Shown: positions 26,966 through 35,699 of the stretch, piece after piece
Numbering within the stretch: the first letter of the stretch is position 1
Layout of the letters: every line of letters starts with the position of its first letter
Assembly: GCA_036504855.1 (NCBI GenBank)
Contig: DASXUL010000185.1
Span: 21,634-85,633 of the forward strand
Source of the DNA: Armatimonadota bacterium
Lineage (GTDB): Bacteria > Armatimonadota > DTGP01 > JAKQQT01
Reading direction: 5' to 3'
DNA: 64,000 bases
Notes under the pieces: model-generated
What the model was told of the DNA's origin: nothing
The model's database searches: none
The model's input: the letters and a program-made list of their open reading frames with translations, nothing else
Position numbers and translations under genes: made by a program

Positions 26966-28063
26966 GTGCGCGGCGGGCTCTATGCGCTCCTGAATACGGC
27001 GCGGCCGCCAATTTGGCGGCCGGCCGTATTGTTGTTTGCCGCTTCGCTGGCCCTTCCTTCGGCCGCCGCGCCGATGCGGTATGCGGCGATGATGAAGACG
27101 CTGAAGGCGGCGGACGCATCCGGCAACGTGCGCGTGGCCCGCATAGGTACGAGCGTGAACGGCCGCGCCATCCCCATGGCGGTCATCGGCAAGGCGGACG
27201 CCCCGGTGCGCGTGCTGGCGATCTGCCGGCAGCACGGCAACGAGCCGATCAGCACACAGGCCGCGATGAACCTCATCGGGCGCGCCGCGCATGCCGACGC
27301 CGCGTTGCGCCGCGCCCTCTCCGGCGTTCTGTTGCTGGTGATCCCCATGGCCAACCCGGACGGCGCCGAGCGCAACCGGCGCGTGAACGCCCGCAGAGTG
27401 GACCTCAACCGCGACTGGGACCGTCCGTCTCAGCCGGAAACCAAGGCGGTGGAGCGCATCTTCCATGCGCTGCGCCCGCAGGTGGTGTTGGACGAGCACG
27501 AGTGGACCTCCGAGGACCACATCGGCACGAACTCGCTGGAATGCGCCACCCCGGGCGCGTTGGGCCACGCCGTCAGCCTGGGGGCGCTTCAGGCGGCGCG
27601 GCGGGAATCCGTGTCGTTGCGCACATTCCTCACCCGCCCGGGTTGCGACATGCGCCTGGCGCACCGTCACTTCGGGACGAACGGGGCCGCGGCGTTCCTT
27701 CTGGAGACCACGCCCGACCAGCCGATGGCCGGCCGCTTAGCGTTGTATGAGCGGCTGACCGCGCGCATCGGCCGCCTGTCCGTGAACGACGCGCCGGAGG
27801 TGGATGCGCCGGAATCCGCGGCCTTCCTGGCGCCGATGTTTGGGCGTCCGGCGGCGGCGAAGACGGCGCGGACCCCGATCCCTTACAGCGCGCTTGCGGT
27901 GAGCGCCGCCACGCTGATCCTCGTGTTGCTTCTGGGGCGGCCGCGTCATCGGAAACCGGTTGCCGCGCCGCCGTCCACGCAGCGGGTTCCGTTGAGTGAG
28001 GTCACCGAGCTCTCCGCTCGGTTGGAGCGCCGCCGCGCCCTGGCGGACGCGCGCTCCTCCTGA
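26966..28063 (+). CDS. M14-family zinc carboxypeptidase (MpaA/gamma-D-Glu-DAP peptidase-like), membrane-anchored
   Basis: 'ICRQHGNEPIS' (HxxE zinc motif), 'VIPMANPDGAERNRRVNARRVDLNRDW', and 'LDEHEW'. Has an N-terminal signal-like segment and a C-terminal hydrophobic anchor 'ALAVSAATLILVLLLG'. Confidence 0.75.
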   Translation: MRGGLYALLNTARPPIWRPAVLLFAASLALPSAAAPMRYAAMMKTLKAADASGNVRVARIGTSVNGRAIPMAVIGKADAPVRVLAICRQHGNEPISTQAAMNLIGRAAHADAALRRALSGVLLLVIPMANPDGAERNRRVNARRVDLNRDWDRPSQPETKAVERIFHALRPQVVLDEHEWTSEDHIGTNSLECATPGALGHAVSLGALQAARRESVSLRTFLTRPGCDMRLAHRHFGTNGAAAFLLETTPDQPMAGRLALYERLTARIGRLSVNDAPEVDAPESAAFLAPMFGRPAAAKTARTPIPYSALAVSAATLILVLLLGRPRHRKPVAAPPSTQRVPLSEVTELSARLERRRALADARSS

Positions 28064-28320
28064 GCGACCTGTTCGGAAGGGTCCGCCGAAAATCGACCCT
28101 TGCGCGTTCCGTGACGCGCATCTGCACGGCGGGAGAGGGCCGGCGGGGATGGGGCGCCCTTGCGGTCGGGAGCGGGCGAGCCGGCCGCGTTTTCCTTGCG
28201 TGCCCCCTCGCTGATATCCTGGTCTCGGACAACGGCGTCCCCCTTCGTCGTAGCCGTTCGAGAGCCGGGACGGCGACTCCTTGACGTAGCGTGCGATCGG
28301 CCTACGGCCGCCTCCCGCCC

Positions 28321-28940
28321 ATGCGCAAAGCCTTCACGCTCATTGAGCTATTGGTTGTCATCGCCGTGATCGCGGTCCTTGCCGCGCTGCTGTTCCCCGT
28401 CTTCGCGAGAGCGAGGGAGCGCTCGCGCATGGCGCGGTGCATGAGCAACCTGCATCAGCTCGGGGTGGCCGCTGGCGCCTCGGCGACTGGGACGAGACTT
28501 ACCCGTACGCCTGGGAGGGCGATCATGTTCGGGCGGGACAACGTCCTGCTCTCAGCCAGGCGATGGCGTCCTACGTGCGCGCTCCCGAGGTGTGGCGCTG
28601 TCCCAGCGACACCGGCGAGATCTTCCTGAACGACCCCATGGCCCTTGGACGAACGCCGCCATTCTGGAGCGACAAGATGACACTCACGAGCTACGGATAT
28701 CTGGGTGACGGCTGGCCGGATGATTACGGACGCATCGGCGGATACCGCGCCTCGATCACAAAGAGACCAAGCATAGGAGTGCTTGCGTTCGACATCCGTC
28801 CTTGGCACGATCGGGATCGGGCGGGAGACGACGGGTACAACTCCCTAGCCCCTGTGAACGTCCTTTACTGCGATTGGCACGTCGGTCGGCGAACCCGCAA
28901 CGAGTGGGGTTACGACGCCATCATGGCCCTCCGCAAGTGA
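28321..28940 (+). pseudogene. Prepilin-type N-terminal methylation-domain protein (DUF1559 / H-X9-DG type), split by a frameshift near 28470-28485
   Basis: Frame A gives '[50 protein letters not shown]', then nonsense. Frame B (ORF 28437..28940) continues family-like with '[12 protein letters not shown]...VWRCPSD...NVLYCDWHV'. Confidence 0.65.
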
Positions 28941-29061
28941 GGTCTCGGCGATGTGCAGCGCCCGCCTATCGAGTTGGCGGCGGTTGCTTTCCCCGGACTT
29001 CGTCAGGGCCAGGAAGGGGGCGCAATGTGTCTGGCAGCCCCGCTCATCGTAGGGGCGCTTC

Positions 29062-29096
29062 GAACTGACAACTGACGACTGACGACTGAATACTGA
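29062..29096. repeat. Five tandem heptamers NNACTGA (includes 2x CGACTGA, the reverse complement of TCAGTCG)
   Basis: 'gaactga caactga cgactga cgactga atactga', preceded by the small hairpin 'gcccc gctcatcgta ggggc'. Lies between the convergent pilin-like and DUF2802-like genes. Confidence 0.6.
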
Positions 29097-29110
29097 TGAC
29101 AGACGGCTGC

Positions 29111-29509
29111 CTACCGTCGGGCGGCCTGCATTTCCAGCATCAACTCCACTTCGGCGCGGGTGAGGCCGGAGCGGCGGGCGATTTCGGCCTCGTCGAGGCC
29201 GGACTCCGCGAGGCGCGCGGCGTCTTCCGGGTCGGCGGGCGTCTGGGGGAGGGCGGCGTCCACCCGATCCAGGAGGTTCTCCAGGGCGATCTGGCGCACG
29301 GTGAGCTCCGCCACGGCTTCCTCGGAGGCGGCCTTGAGGCGGGCGATGAGGGCTTCCACGCTTTCCTCAAGGAGGCGGAGATCGGAGGCGGTGAGCGACG
29401 ACGACTCCTTCTGCTGGGCGACGAGGCGGGCCAGCCAGGACGCCATCAGGGCGCCGGCGAAGGTGATGGCGGCGAGGATGAAGATTACCAGGAACCAACC
29501 GTCTTGCAT
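29111..29509 (-). CDS. DUF2802-like flagellar-cluster protein (N-terminal TM helix, coiled coil, C-terminal HTH-like tail)
   Basis: 'MQDGWFLVIFILAAITFAGALMASWL' is a TM segment. The C-terminus is 'SGLDEAEIARRSGLTRAEVELMLEM'. Last gene of the flhB-fliA operon. The start was set to the Met with an upstream GGAGGAG. Confidence 0.5.
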   Translation of the reverse strand: MQDGWFLVIFILAAITFAGALMASWLARLVAQQKESSSLTASDLRLLEESVEALIARLKAASEEAVAELTVRQIALENLLDRVDAALPQTPADPEDAARLAESGLDEAEIARRSGLTRAEVELMLEMQAARR

Positions 29510-29628
29510 CCGAGCGGCGTCTCCTCCAGGCGTCCGCGCGGGCGGACGCGTCGATCCATTCAGGGTAGTGTCGGCATCCGGCGCACGCGGCATCAGGGCC
29601 GCGCCCACCGGTCCGGGCCGGCGCCGGG

Positions 29629-29931
29629 TCAGGCGAGGAAGTTGATGTGGCCTTCGTCCGGCGGAGCGGCGTCGTTGGGATCGTCTTCGTCGGCGGGCTC
29701 ACGGCCGGAATCGTCCCCGTCGGCGCCCATGCCTTCACCCTCGCTGGAGAGCTCCAGGCGGTCCTCGGGAGCGGAGGCGCTCACCTGCTCGCGCCCTCGC
29801 TCCAGACGGGCGGATTCACGGTCGGCCAGCCCCTCTTGGGCCAAGAGGTGGGCCCGGGCGACGGCCTGTTGCGCCACGGTGGCGTCCGCGGTCTTGTTCA
29901 CCGCCGCTACAATATGCACCGGGAACATCAT
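29629..29931 (-). CDS. Hypothetical small acidic protein downstream of fliA
   Basis: 100-aa ORF with GC-rich third positions, 11 nt after the fliA stop. Acidic C-terminal half 'EGEGMGADGDDSGREPADEDDPNDAAPPDEG'. No recognisable domain. Confidence 0.4.
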   Translation of the reverse strand: MMFPVHIVAAVNKTADATVAQQAVARAHLLAQEGLADRESARLERGREQVSASAPEDRLELSSEGEGMGADGDDSGREPADEDDPNDAAPPDEGHINFLA

Positions 29932-29942
29932 CTACCACCTGC

Positions 29943-30704
29943 TTACCCGCAGAACAGGGCTTTCTCGCGCTGAAGGTGGCCCGAAAGGCGCATCACCGCC
30001 TTGGCGTGGATCTGGCAGATGCGCGCTTCGGTGACCTCCAGCACGCGGCCGATCTCCTTCAGGGTGAGGCCCTCGTAGTAGTAAAGGGTAATGACCATCC
30101 GTTCGCGCTCGGGGAGGCGATGGATGGCCTGGGTGAGGACTTGCTGTCGGGCGTGGTCTTCCGCGGCGGCGGAGGGGCTGTTATCGTTGTCAAGCAAGCC
30201 CTCAAGCCGAAGCGGGCCGCTGGGATCGTCGTCGCCGCCGCGGATAGCGTCTTCCAGGGAGCCGATGGCGGATTGCCCGATGTTGGCGAGGGCATCGTGG
30301 AAGGCATCGATGGTCATATCGAGGGCGCTGGCCATCTCGTCATCGGTGGCGGGGCGGCCGAGCCTTGCTTCCATGGTGGCGTAGGCGTCGCGGATGGTGG
30401 ATTCGAGGCGCCGGACAGAGCGGGGCGCCCAGTCCATGCTGCGGAGCATGTCCACCACAGCGCCTCGGATGCGGGTGATGGCGTAGGTTTCGAACTTAAC
30501 GCCGCGCGCTGGGTCGTACCGTTCCACGGCGTCGATGAGGCCGAGGAGGGCATGGCTGATAAGGTCGTCCTTGGTGACGCCGCCGCCGCCGTGCACGTTG
30601 AGGCGCTGAACCACATAGTGGGCCAGGCCCACATAGTGGAGGATCAGCGCCTCTCGCGCATCCGCGTTCCCGTTAGTCTTGTACGCTAGCCAGAGCGATT
30701 CCAT
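29943..30704 (-). CDS. fliA: Flagellar sigma-28 factor FliA
   Basis: Region 2 'DDLISHALLGLIDAVERYDPARGVKFETYAITRIRGAVVDMLR' and region 4 'ERMVITLYYYEGLTLKEIGRVLEVTEARICQIHAKAV'. Confidence 0.92.
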   Translation of the reverse strand: MESLWLAYKTNGNADAREALILHYVGLAHYVVQRLNVHGGGGVTKDDLISHALLGLIDAVERYDPARGVKFETYAITRIRGAVVDMLRSMDWAPRSVRRLESTIRDAYATMEARLGRPATDDEMASALDMTIDAFHDALANIGQSAIGSLEDAIRGGDDDPSGPLRLEGLLDNDNSPSAAAEDHARQQVLTQAIHRLPERERMVITLYYYEGLTLKEIGRVLEVTEARICQIHAKAVMRLSGHLQREKALFCG

Positions 30705-30770
30705 GGTGTCTCTTGCGCCAGCGAATTAGGCCGGCGGCCGAAGGGTGCAGCGACCCGCCAGATGCGAAGC

Positions 30771-30998
30771 CTAGTGCGACGCGGTGTCGTCGGGTTTCTT
30801 TGTGCCCTCCAGAAGGGAGGGGATGAAGTAGGTGAGCACGGCGAACGCGCACAAGAGGACAACGGAGCAGGCGGCGGCGCGGGCCATGGCGAAGATGGGG
30901 TCAACTCCGGCCAGGAGGGCGCCGGCGAAGGCCAGCGCGAAGGCGATGAGTCCAACGAGGGCGGTTAGCCCCTTCAGCATGTCTTCGAAAGTCTCCAT
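30771..30998 (-). CDS. Hypothetical two-helix membrane protein between pilZ and fliA
   Basis: 75 aa with two hydrophobic segments, 'LTALVGLIAFALAFAGALLAGV' and 'AAACSVVLLCAFAVLTYFI'. Supported by operon position only. Confidence 0.45.
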   Translation of the reverse strand: METFEDMLKGLTALVGLIAFALAFAGALLAGVDPIFAMARAAACSVVLLCAFAVLTYFIPSLLEGTKKPDDTASH

Positions 30999-31011
30999 GC
31001 GGTCCTCCTTC

Positions 31012-31701
31012 TTACATCAAGCCGGCGCGGTGCAGCTCGGCTTGCCGCGCGTAAACGCGGCGGATGATGGTCTGGCGGTCGGCCTCGCGGATGTCCACGA
31101 ACCGCAGCGCCATCTCGAAAAGCTCGTGCGAGTCCTTAACGTTGTCCACCCAGATGACCTGTCCCTGGGCGCGGATCGTGCCGGCTTGGGGGAGATCGAT
31201 GTCCAGCGCCAGGCGGTCACCGGCGAAAGGCCGGCTTTGGCGTTCCACGAAGACCAGTAGTCCGCCGCCCGAGATGTTGCGCGATGTTGTTTCGATGGTG
31301 TCGCCGGCCTTCACGGCCTTAACATCCAGAATCCGGAATCGCACCGGGACGGTATCCGGCACGCGGGCGTAGTCGCGCCGCTGCACGGCGCCGACGGCCT
31401 CACGGGGAACCACGCGCAGGACGGCGGGCGGACCTTCCCGGCGCTCAATGATGTTGGCCTTGAAGCCCTGCATCCCGGAAGAGACGCTGGACACCAGAAC
31501 CACGTCCTCATCGTTGTCGTGCAGGCGTACGGGCACGCCCAGCACGCTGGGCCACGCCACCCACAGCCCATCGGCGTCCATATCCTCCACGCGACTGGAG
31601 TGGAACTTGCCGCGCAAGCGGAGTTTAACGGAGTCGTTTACCGCGAAATGCGGCTCGAACTCCATGGCGGGCGCGTCCTTTTGTTTGGTGAAGAATGCCA
31701 T
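31012..31701 (-). CDS. PilZ-domain c-di-GMP receptor (YcgR/FlgZ-like, PilZN plus PilZ)
   Basis: 'QRRDYARV' (RxxxR) and 'TSRNISGGGLLV' (D/NxSxxG) c-di-GMP binding motifs. The start ATG at 31701 abuts the flhG stop. Confidence 0.8.
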   Translation of the reverse strand: MAFFTKQKDAPAMEFEPHFAVNDSVKLRLRGKFHSSRVEDMDADGLWVAWPSVLGVPVRLHDNDEDVVLVSSVSSGMQGFKANIIERREGPPAVLRVVPREAVGAVQRRDYARVPDTVPVRFRILDVKAVKAGDTIETTSRNISGGGLLVFVERQSRPFAGDRLALDIDLPQAGTIRAQGQVIWVDNVKDSHELFEMALRFVDIREADRQTIIRRVYARQAELHRAGLM

Positions 31702-31703
31702 CG

Positions 31704-32573
31704 TCAACGTTGGGGCGCGGGCCCCATATCCCCCAGAGCGTGCGAACATCCACCTGACGTCACCTGGACGCGTGGGTTACTAAGCAAGGCGCGTGCCAGG
31801 TCTCGGATACACCCGGCGGCGAGGCTTTTCGGATGGCAGACCAGCAGCGGTTGCTGCCGGCGCACGGCCTCGGGGACGCGGGCATCTTCACACACGAATC
31901 CGGCAAGCGGCACATCCACGCTCAGGAAGCGTCGCGTCACGCTTGCGAAACCGCGAGCCACCTCGGTGGCGTGGGCTCGGCTTTCGACCATATTGATAAC
32001 CAGACTAACGTTCGCGCCGGGACGGCGCTGCAGAATGACCTTCGCCGAAGCGTAGGCGTCTGTGAGAGACGTGGGCTCCGGCGTGGTGACGATCAGCGTT
32101 TGGTCGGCGCCGGCCGCCAGGTCGATGACGGCATCGGAGATGCCGGGGGCGGTGTCGATGAGGGCGGTCTCAACGAACTGGGAAAGGCCGGCCAATCCGG
32201 CCAGAAGGCGGGCGCGCTCCGCGGCGTCCATGTTGGCCAACTCGGCGACGCCGGAGGCGCCCGGGATATACTTCAGGCCATGGGGCGCGTCCATGAGGAT
32301 ATCTTCCATGCCGCACGTCCCCAGCACAACATCCCGGAGGTCGCGGAGCGGGCTCAGGCCCATAAGGATCTGGGCGTTGGAGAGGCCAAGGTCCGCATCC
32401 AGCAACGCCACGCGGGCGCCGGCCTCGGCCATGGCAAGGCCCAGATTCAGGGCAATGTTGGTTTTGCCCACTCCGCCCTTGCCGGAGGTGATGGCGATGG
32501 TGTGCACGGGTCCGGCGGGGCCGGTTGGGTGGGCGGCCATCAAGCGGCGCAGTTCCGAAGCCTGATCCGTCAC
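31704..32573 (-). CDS. flhG: Flagellar number regulator FlhG (MinD/ParA-type ATPase, FleN/YlxH)
   Basis: Deviant Walker A 'ITSGKGGVGKTNIALNLG' and 'LLDADLGLSN'. Sits directly after flhF with an overlapping stop/start. Confidence 0.9.
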   Translation of the reverse strand: MTDQASELRRLMAAHPTGPAGPVHTIAITSGKGGVGKTNIALNLGLAMAEAGARVALLDADLGLSNAQILMGLSPLRDLRDVVLGTCGMEDILMDAPHGLKYIPGASGVAELANMDAAERARLLAGLAGLSQFVETALIDTAPGISDAVIDLAAGADQTLIVTTPEPTSLTDAYASAKVILQRRPGANVSLVINMVESRAHATEVARGFASVTRRFLSVDVPLAGFVCEDARVPEAVRRQQPLLVCHPKSLAAGCIRDLARALLSNPRVQVTSGGCSHALGDMGPAPQR

Positions 32574-33550
32574 GCGTGCCCTCCCAGCGCCTTCACGGCG
32601 ATCTCGGCGGGGTCGGCGGGGCGAAGATTCCTGGGCACCTCCTGGCCGTCCGTAACGAAGGAGGCGTGCAAGCCGGTTCGATGGCAGAGGCTGGCGATGG
32701 CGCCCCAGCGCGGCATTTCGTCGAGCTTCGTGACGATAAGGCGGTTGGGCTGGAGGCAGGCGAACTGATCCGTAACGCGGGCGAGATAGTCTGGCGCGCT
32801 GGTGGCGGCCAGAACCAGATGGGTTTCGGTAACGTTGGCCGCGTTGAGGAAGGTCTGAATCTCGGCGAGCTGGAGGCTCTTATTGGGGCTTCGCCCGACG
32901 GTGTCGATGAGGATCACGTCCTTGTCCGCGTGGCGGGCCACGGCGGCGCGCATCTCCTCGGGGCTCTCGGCCACTTCGAGGGGAAGGCCCATTACGCGGG
33001 CGTAGATGCGGATCTGCTCTACGGCGCCGATGCGATAGGTATCCATGGTGACCATGGCCACGCGCTTCTTTCCGCTGAGGGCGTAGCGGGCGGCGAGCTT
33101 GGCGGTTGTGGTGGTTTTCCCGACTCCGGTAGGGCCAACGAGCGCGATGCGCGCCTGAGTGTTAGCGGGCGCTTCCGGCTCGGCCACGCGCAGGCCGGCG
33201 GCGATCTCGGTGGCAACGCGTTCCGCCGAGTAGTTGGGGGCGCACGCGCCCAGCAGGCGTTCCCGCAGGGCCGGTTCGATGCCGCCATCCGAGAGGCGCT
33301 CGGCCATCTGGGCGCGCGCGTCTTCGCGCGGCGCCATCAGGTTGCGCAGGGCATCCACATTGAGCTGGGATTGCGGGGCCGCTTTCTCTTCCACCGCCGC
33401 CAGCACGTGAACGCGCTCCGCGCCGGTTAGGCCCAGCAGGCCAGTCCGGGAGCGCCGCGTTTCCAGGATCACGGCGCGCTCGCCGAGGTCCTGTCGTATT
33501 TGCCGGAGCGCGTCCGGCATGCTATCCGCCTCAAACCGTTTGACCGTCAT
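32570..33550 (-). CDS. flhF: Flagellar SRP-type GTPase FlhF
   Basis: 'IALVGPTGVGKTTTTAKLAA', 'DTYRIGAVEQIRIYARVMGLP', 'LIDTVGRSP', and 'IVTKLDE'. Confidence 0.9.
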   Translation of the reverse strand: MTVKRFEADSMPDALRQIRQDLGERAVILETRRSRTGLLGLTGAERVHVLAAVEEKAAPQSQLNVDALRNLMAPREDARAQMAERLSDGGIEPALRERLLGACAPNYSAERVATEIAAGLRVAEPEAPANTQARIALVGPTGVGKTTTTAKLAARYALSGKKRVAMVTMDTYRIGAVEQIRIYARVMGLPLEVAESPEEMRAAVARHADKDVILIDTVGRSPNKSLQLAEIQTFLNAANVTETHLVLAATSAPDYLARVTDQFACLQPNRLIVTKLDEMPRWGAIASLCHRTGLHASFVTDGQEVPRNLRPADPAEIAVKALGGHA

Positions 33551-35630
33551 CGATGCTCATCATACCGGTGGACTCAACGTCCACATTGGGGGCGACTTCG
33601 CCATAGGAGAGGACGGCCAGTTGGGGAGCGAGGCGCTCCACCAGCCGGCGGAAGTAGGGGCGAACGCGCGGCGAGCAGAGGCAGACGGGCCCGTAGCCCA
33701 GTTCCGTCATGCGCTCGATCTGTTCCTTCGTGCCGGCCAGAACGCGGTTTGACATATCCGGGTCCAACACGGCGTAGCCGCCCATCTCGGTGTGGCGCAC
33801 CGAGTCCGCGATGATCTGTTCCAAGCGGGGGTGCAGAGTGAAGGCATAGAGGCGTCCATCGGTGTGGATGTGCTGGCGGGTGATGGCGCGGGCGAGGCCC
33901 TGGCGCACGTACTCTCCCAGCACGTCCGGGTCCTTGGTTGTTCGCGCGTGATCCGCCAGGATCTCCAGCACGGAGGGGAGATCCTTGATGGAAACGCGCT
34001 CGCGCAAGAGGTTCTGAACGATGCGTTGCACGTCGCCGACGGACATGATGCCTGGAATCAGCTCGTCGACCACGGAGGCGGCGTTCTTGCGGGCGGCATC
34101 GACGAGAGCCTGCATGTCCTGGCGGCTGATGATCTCGTCCGCGTGCCCGCGGATCGTCTCGGAGAGGTGCGTGATGAGAACCGTTAGAGGATCCACAACG
34201 GTGTAACCGTGCATTTCGGCGTCGCCCTGGAGGGCGGTTGGGATCCAGGTGGCGGGAAGGCCGAAGGCGGGCTCAACGGTTTCGCGTCCAACGAGGGCCT
34301 GGGTGGCGCCGCCCGGGTTCATGGCGAGCGACTGGCCCGGGTAGACCTCTCCTTTGGCGATCTCCACGCTCCGCAGTTTGATGCTATATTCGTTCGGCCG
34401 CAGTTGCACGTTGTCTCTTACGCGCACGGCGGGCACGATGATGCCAAGGTCCTGCGCGATCTGGCGGCGGACCAGCGTGATGCGGTCCAGCATTTCGCCG
34501 CCCTGTCTCGGGTCGGCCAGGGCGATGAGGCCGTAGCCGATTTCGACCTCCAGGGCATCCACGCCGAGGAGGGCGGTCATATCTTCCGGCTCCGCCGCGC
34601 GGGCCGCCGCCTTCGGAGCGGGGGGGGCGGTCTTGGCGGACTTGGTCTGCTTCAGCAGTGTCCACGCGGCGTAACCGAGGCCGCCGGCCACCAGGATGAA
34701 GGGGATCTTCGGCAGGCCAGGCACAAGGGCGAGCAGCAGGACAACTCCGGCGGCGAGACTCAGCGCGCGGGGCTGACCGAGCAGCTCGCTGGTGAGATCG
34801 CCTCCCAGGTTATTCTCGGACGCCGAGCGCGTTACAATGAGGCCGGTTGCTGTAGAAATCAGCAGCGCCGGGATCTGGCTCACCAGTCCTTCACCCACGG
34901 TGAGCAGGGTGTAGGTCTGGAGGGCGCCCATGATGTCCATGTTCTTCTGCGCCACGCCCACGATGAAGCCGCCCAGGATGTTGACGATGATCATGATGAT
35001 GGCGGCGATGGCGTCTCCACGCACGAACTTGGAGGCGCCGTCCATGGCTCCGTAGAAGTCCGCCTCGCTGGACACGGTCTTGCGGCGTTTGCGGGCCTGC
35101 TCTTCGTCAATGATGCCGGCGTTCAAGTCCGCGTCGATCGCCATCTGCTTGCCAGGCATGGCATCCAGCGTAAAGCGGGCGGCCACTTCAGCCACGCGTC
35201 CGGCGCCGTTGGTGATGACCACGAACTGGATGATGACGAGCAAGAGGAAGACGACGAGGCCAACCACGTAGTTGCCGCCCACAACGAAGTTGCCGAACGT
35301 GGCGATGACGTCTCCGGCGCTGGCGTGCAGGAGGATGAGGCGCGTTGCGCTGATGTTGAGCGAGAGGCGGAACAGCGTCGCCAACAGCAGCAGTGACGGG
35401 AACGATGAGAACTGCAGCGGCTCCGTGGTGTACATCGTCACGAGCATGATCATCAGCGCGCCGGTGATGTTGATGATGATCAGCAGGTCCAGCAGCACGG
35501 GCGGCAACGGAACCACCATCATTCCGATGATGAGCACCGCCAGGAAGGCCACCATCACGTCGGAGTGCTTGGTGATCCGCGTGAGGGCCGATTGCGTTGT
35601 GGGTCTATGGATTGCCGCTTGTACAGCCAT
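33531..35630 (-). CDS. flhA: Flagellar export gate protein FlhA
   Basis: 699 aa. 'FPSLLLLATLFRLSLNISATRLIL', 'GNFVVGGNYVVGLVVFLLLVIIQFVVITNGAGRVAEVAARFTLDAMPGKQMAIDADL', and a cytoplasmic C-domain. Confidence 0.95.
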   Translation of the reverse strand: MAVQAAIHRPTTQSALTRITKHSDVMVAFLAVLIIGMMVVPLPPVLLDLLIIINITGALMIMLVTMYTTEPLQFSSFPSLLLLATLFRLSLNISATRLILLHASAGDVIATFGNFVVGGNYVVGLVVFLLLVIIQFVVITNGAGRVAEVAARFTLDAMPGKQMAIDADLNAGIIDEEQARKRRKTVSSEADFYGAMDGASKFVRGDAIAAIIMIIVNILGGFIVGVAQKNMDIMGALQTYTLLTVGEGLVSQIPALLISTATGLIVTRSASENNLGGDLTSELLGQPRALSLAAGVVLLLALVPGLPKIPFILVAGGLGYAAWTLLKQTKSAKTAPPAPKAAARAAEPEDMTALLGVDALEVEIGYGLIALADPRQGGEMLDRITLVRRQIAQDLGIIVPAVRVRDNVQLRPNEYSIKLRSVEIAKGEVYPGQSLAMNPGGATQALVGRETVEPAFGLPATWIPTALQGDAEMHGYTVVDPLTVLITHLSETIRGHADEIISRQDMQALVDAARKNAASVVDELIPGIMSVGDVQRIVQNLLRERVSIKDLPSVLEILADHARTTKDPDVLGEYVRQGLARAITRQHIHTDGRLYAFTLHPRLEQIIADSVRHTEMGGYAVLDPDMSNRVLAGTKEQIERMTELGYGPVCLCSPRVRPYFRRLVERLAPQLAVLSYGEVAPNVDVESTGMMSIDDGQTV

Positions 35631-35636
35631 GGTGAG

Positions 35637-35671
35637 TTGTCAGATATCAGTCGTCAGTCGTCAGTCGTCCG
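35637..35671. repeat. Five tandem heptamers (TCAGTCG-type) in the flhB-flhA intergenic gap
   Basis: 'ttgtcag atatcag tcgtcag tcgtcag tcgtccg', followed by 'ggggctgatggctg'. The 13-mer 'gggctgatggctg' also occurs in the element at 1026..1135. Confidence 0.6.
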
Positions 35672-35699
35672 AAAAGGGGCTGATGGCTGGGGGTACGGG

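Noticed and set aside
29062-29096. Possibility that the heptamer arrays are CRISPR arrays or coding repeats.
   Set aside because: The unit length is 7 nt with no spacers, each array has at most about 5-8 units, and no cas genes are present. All lie outside credible ORFs.
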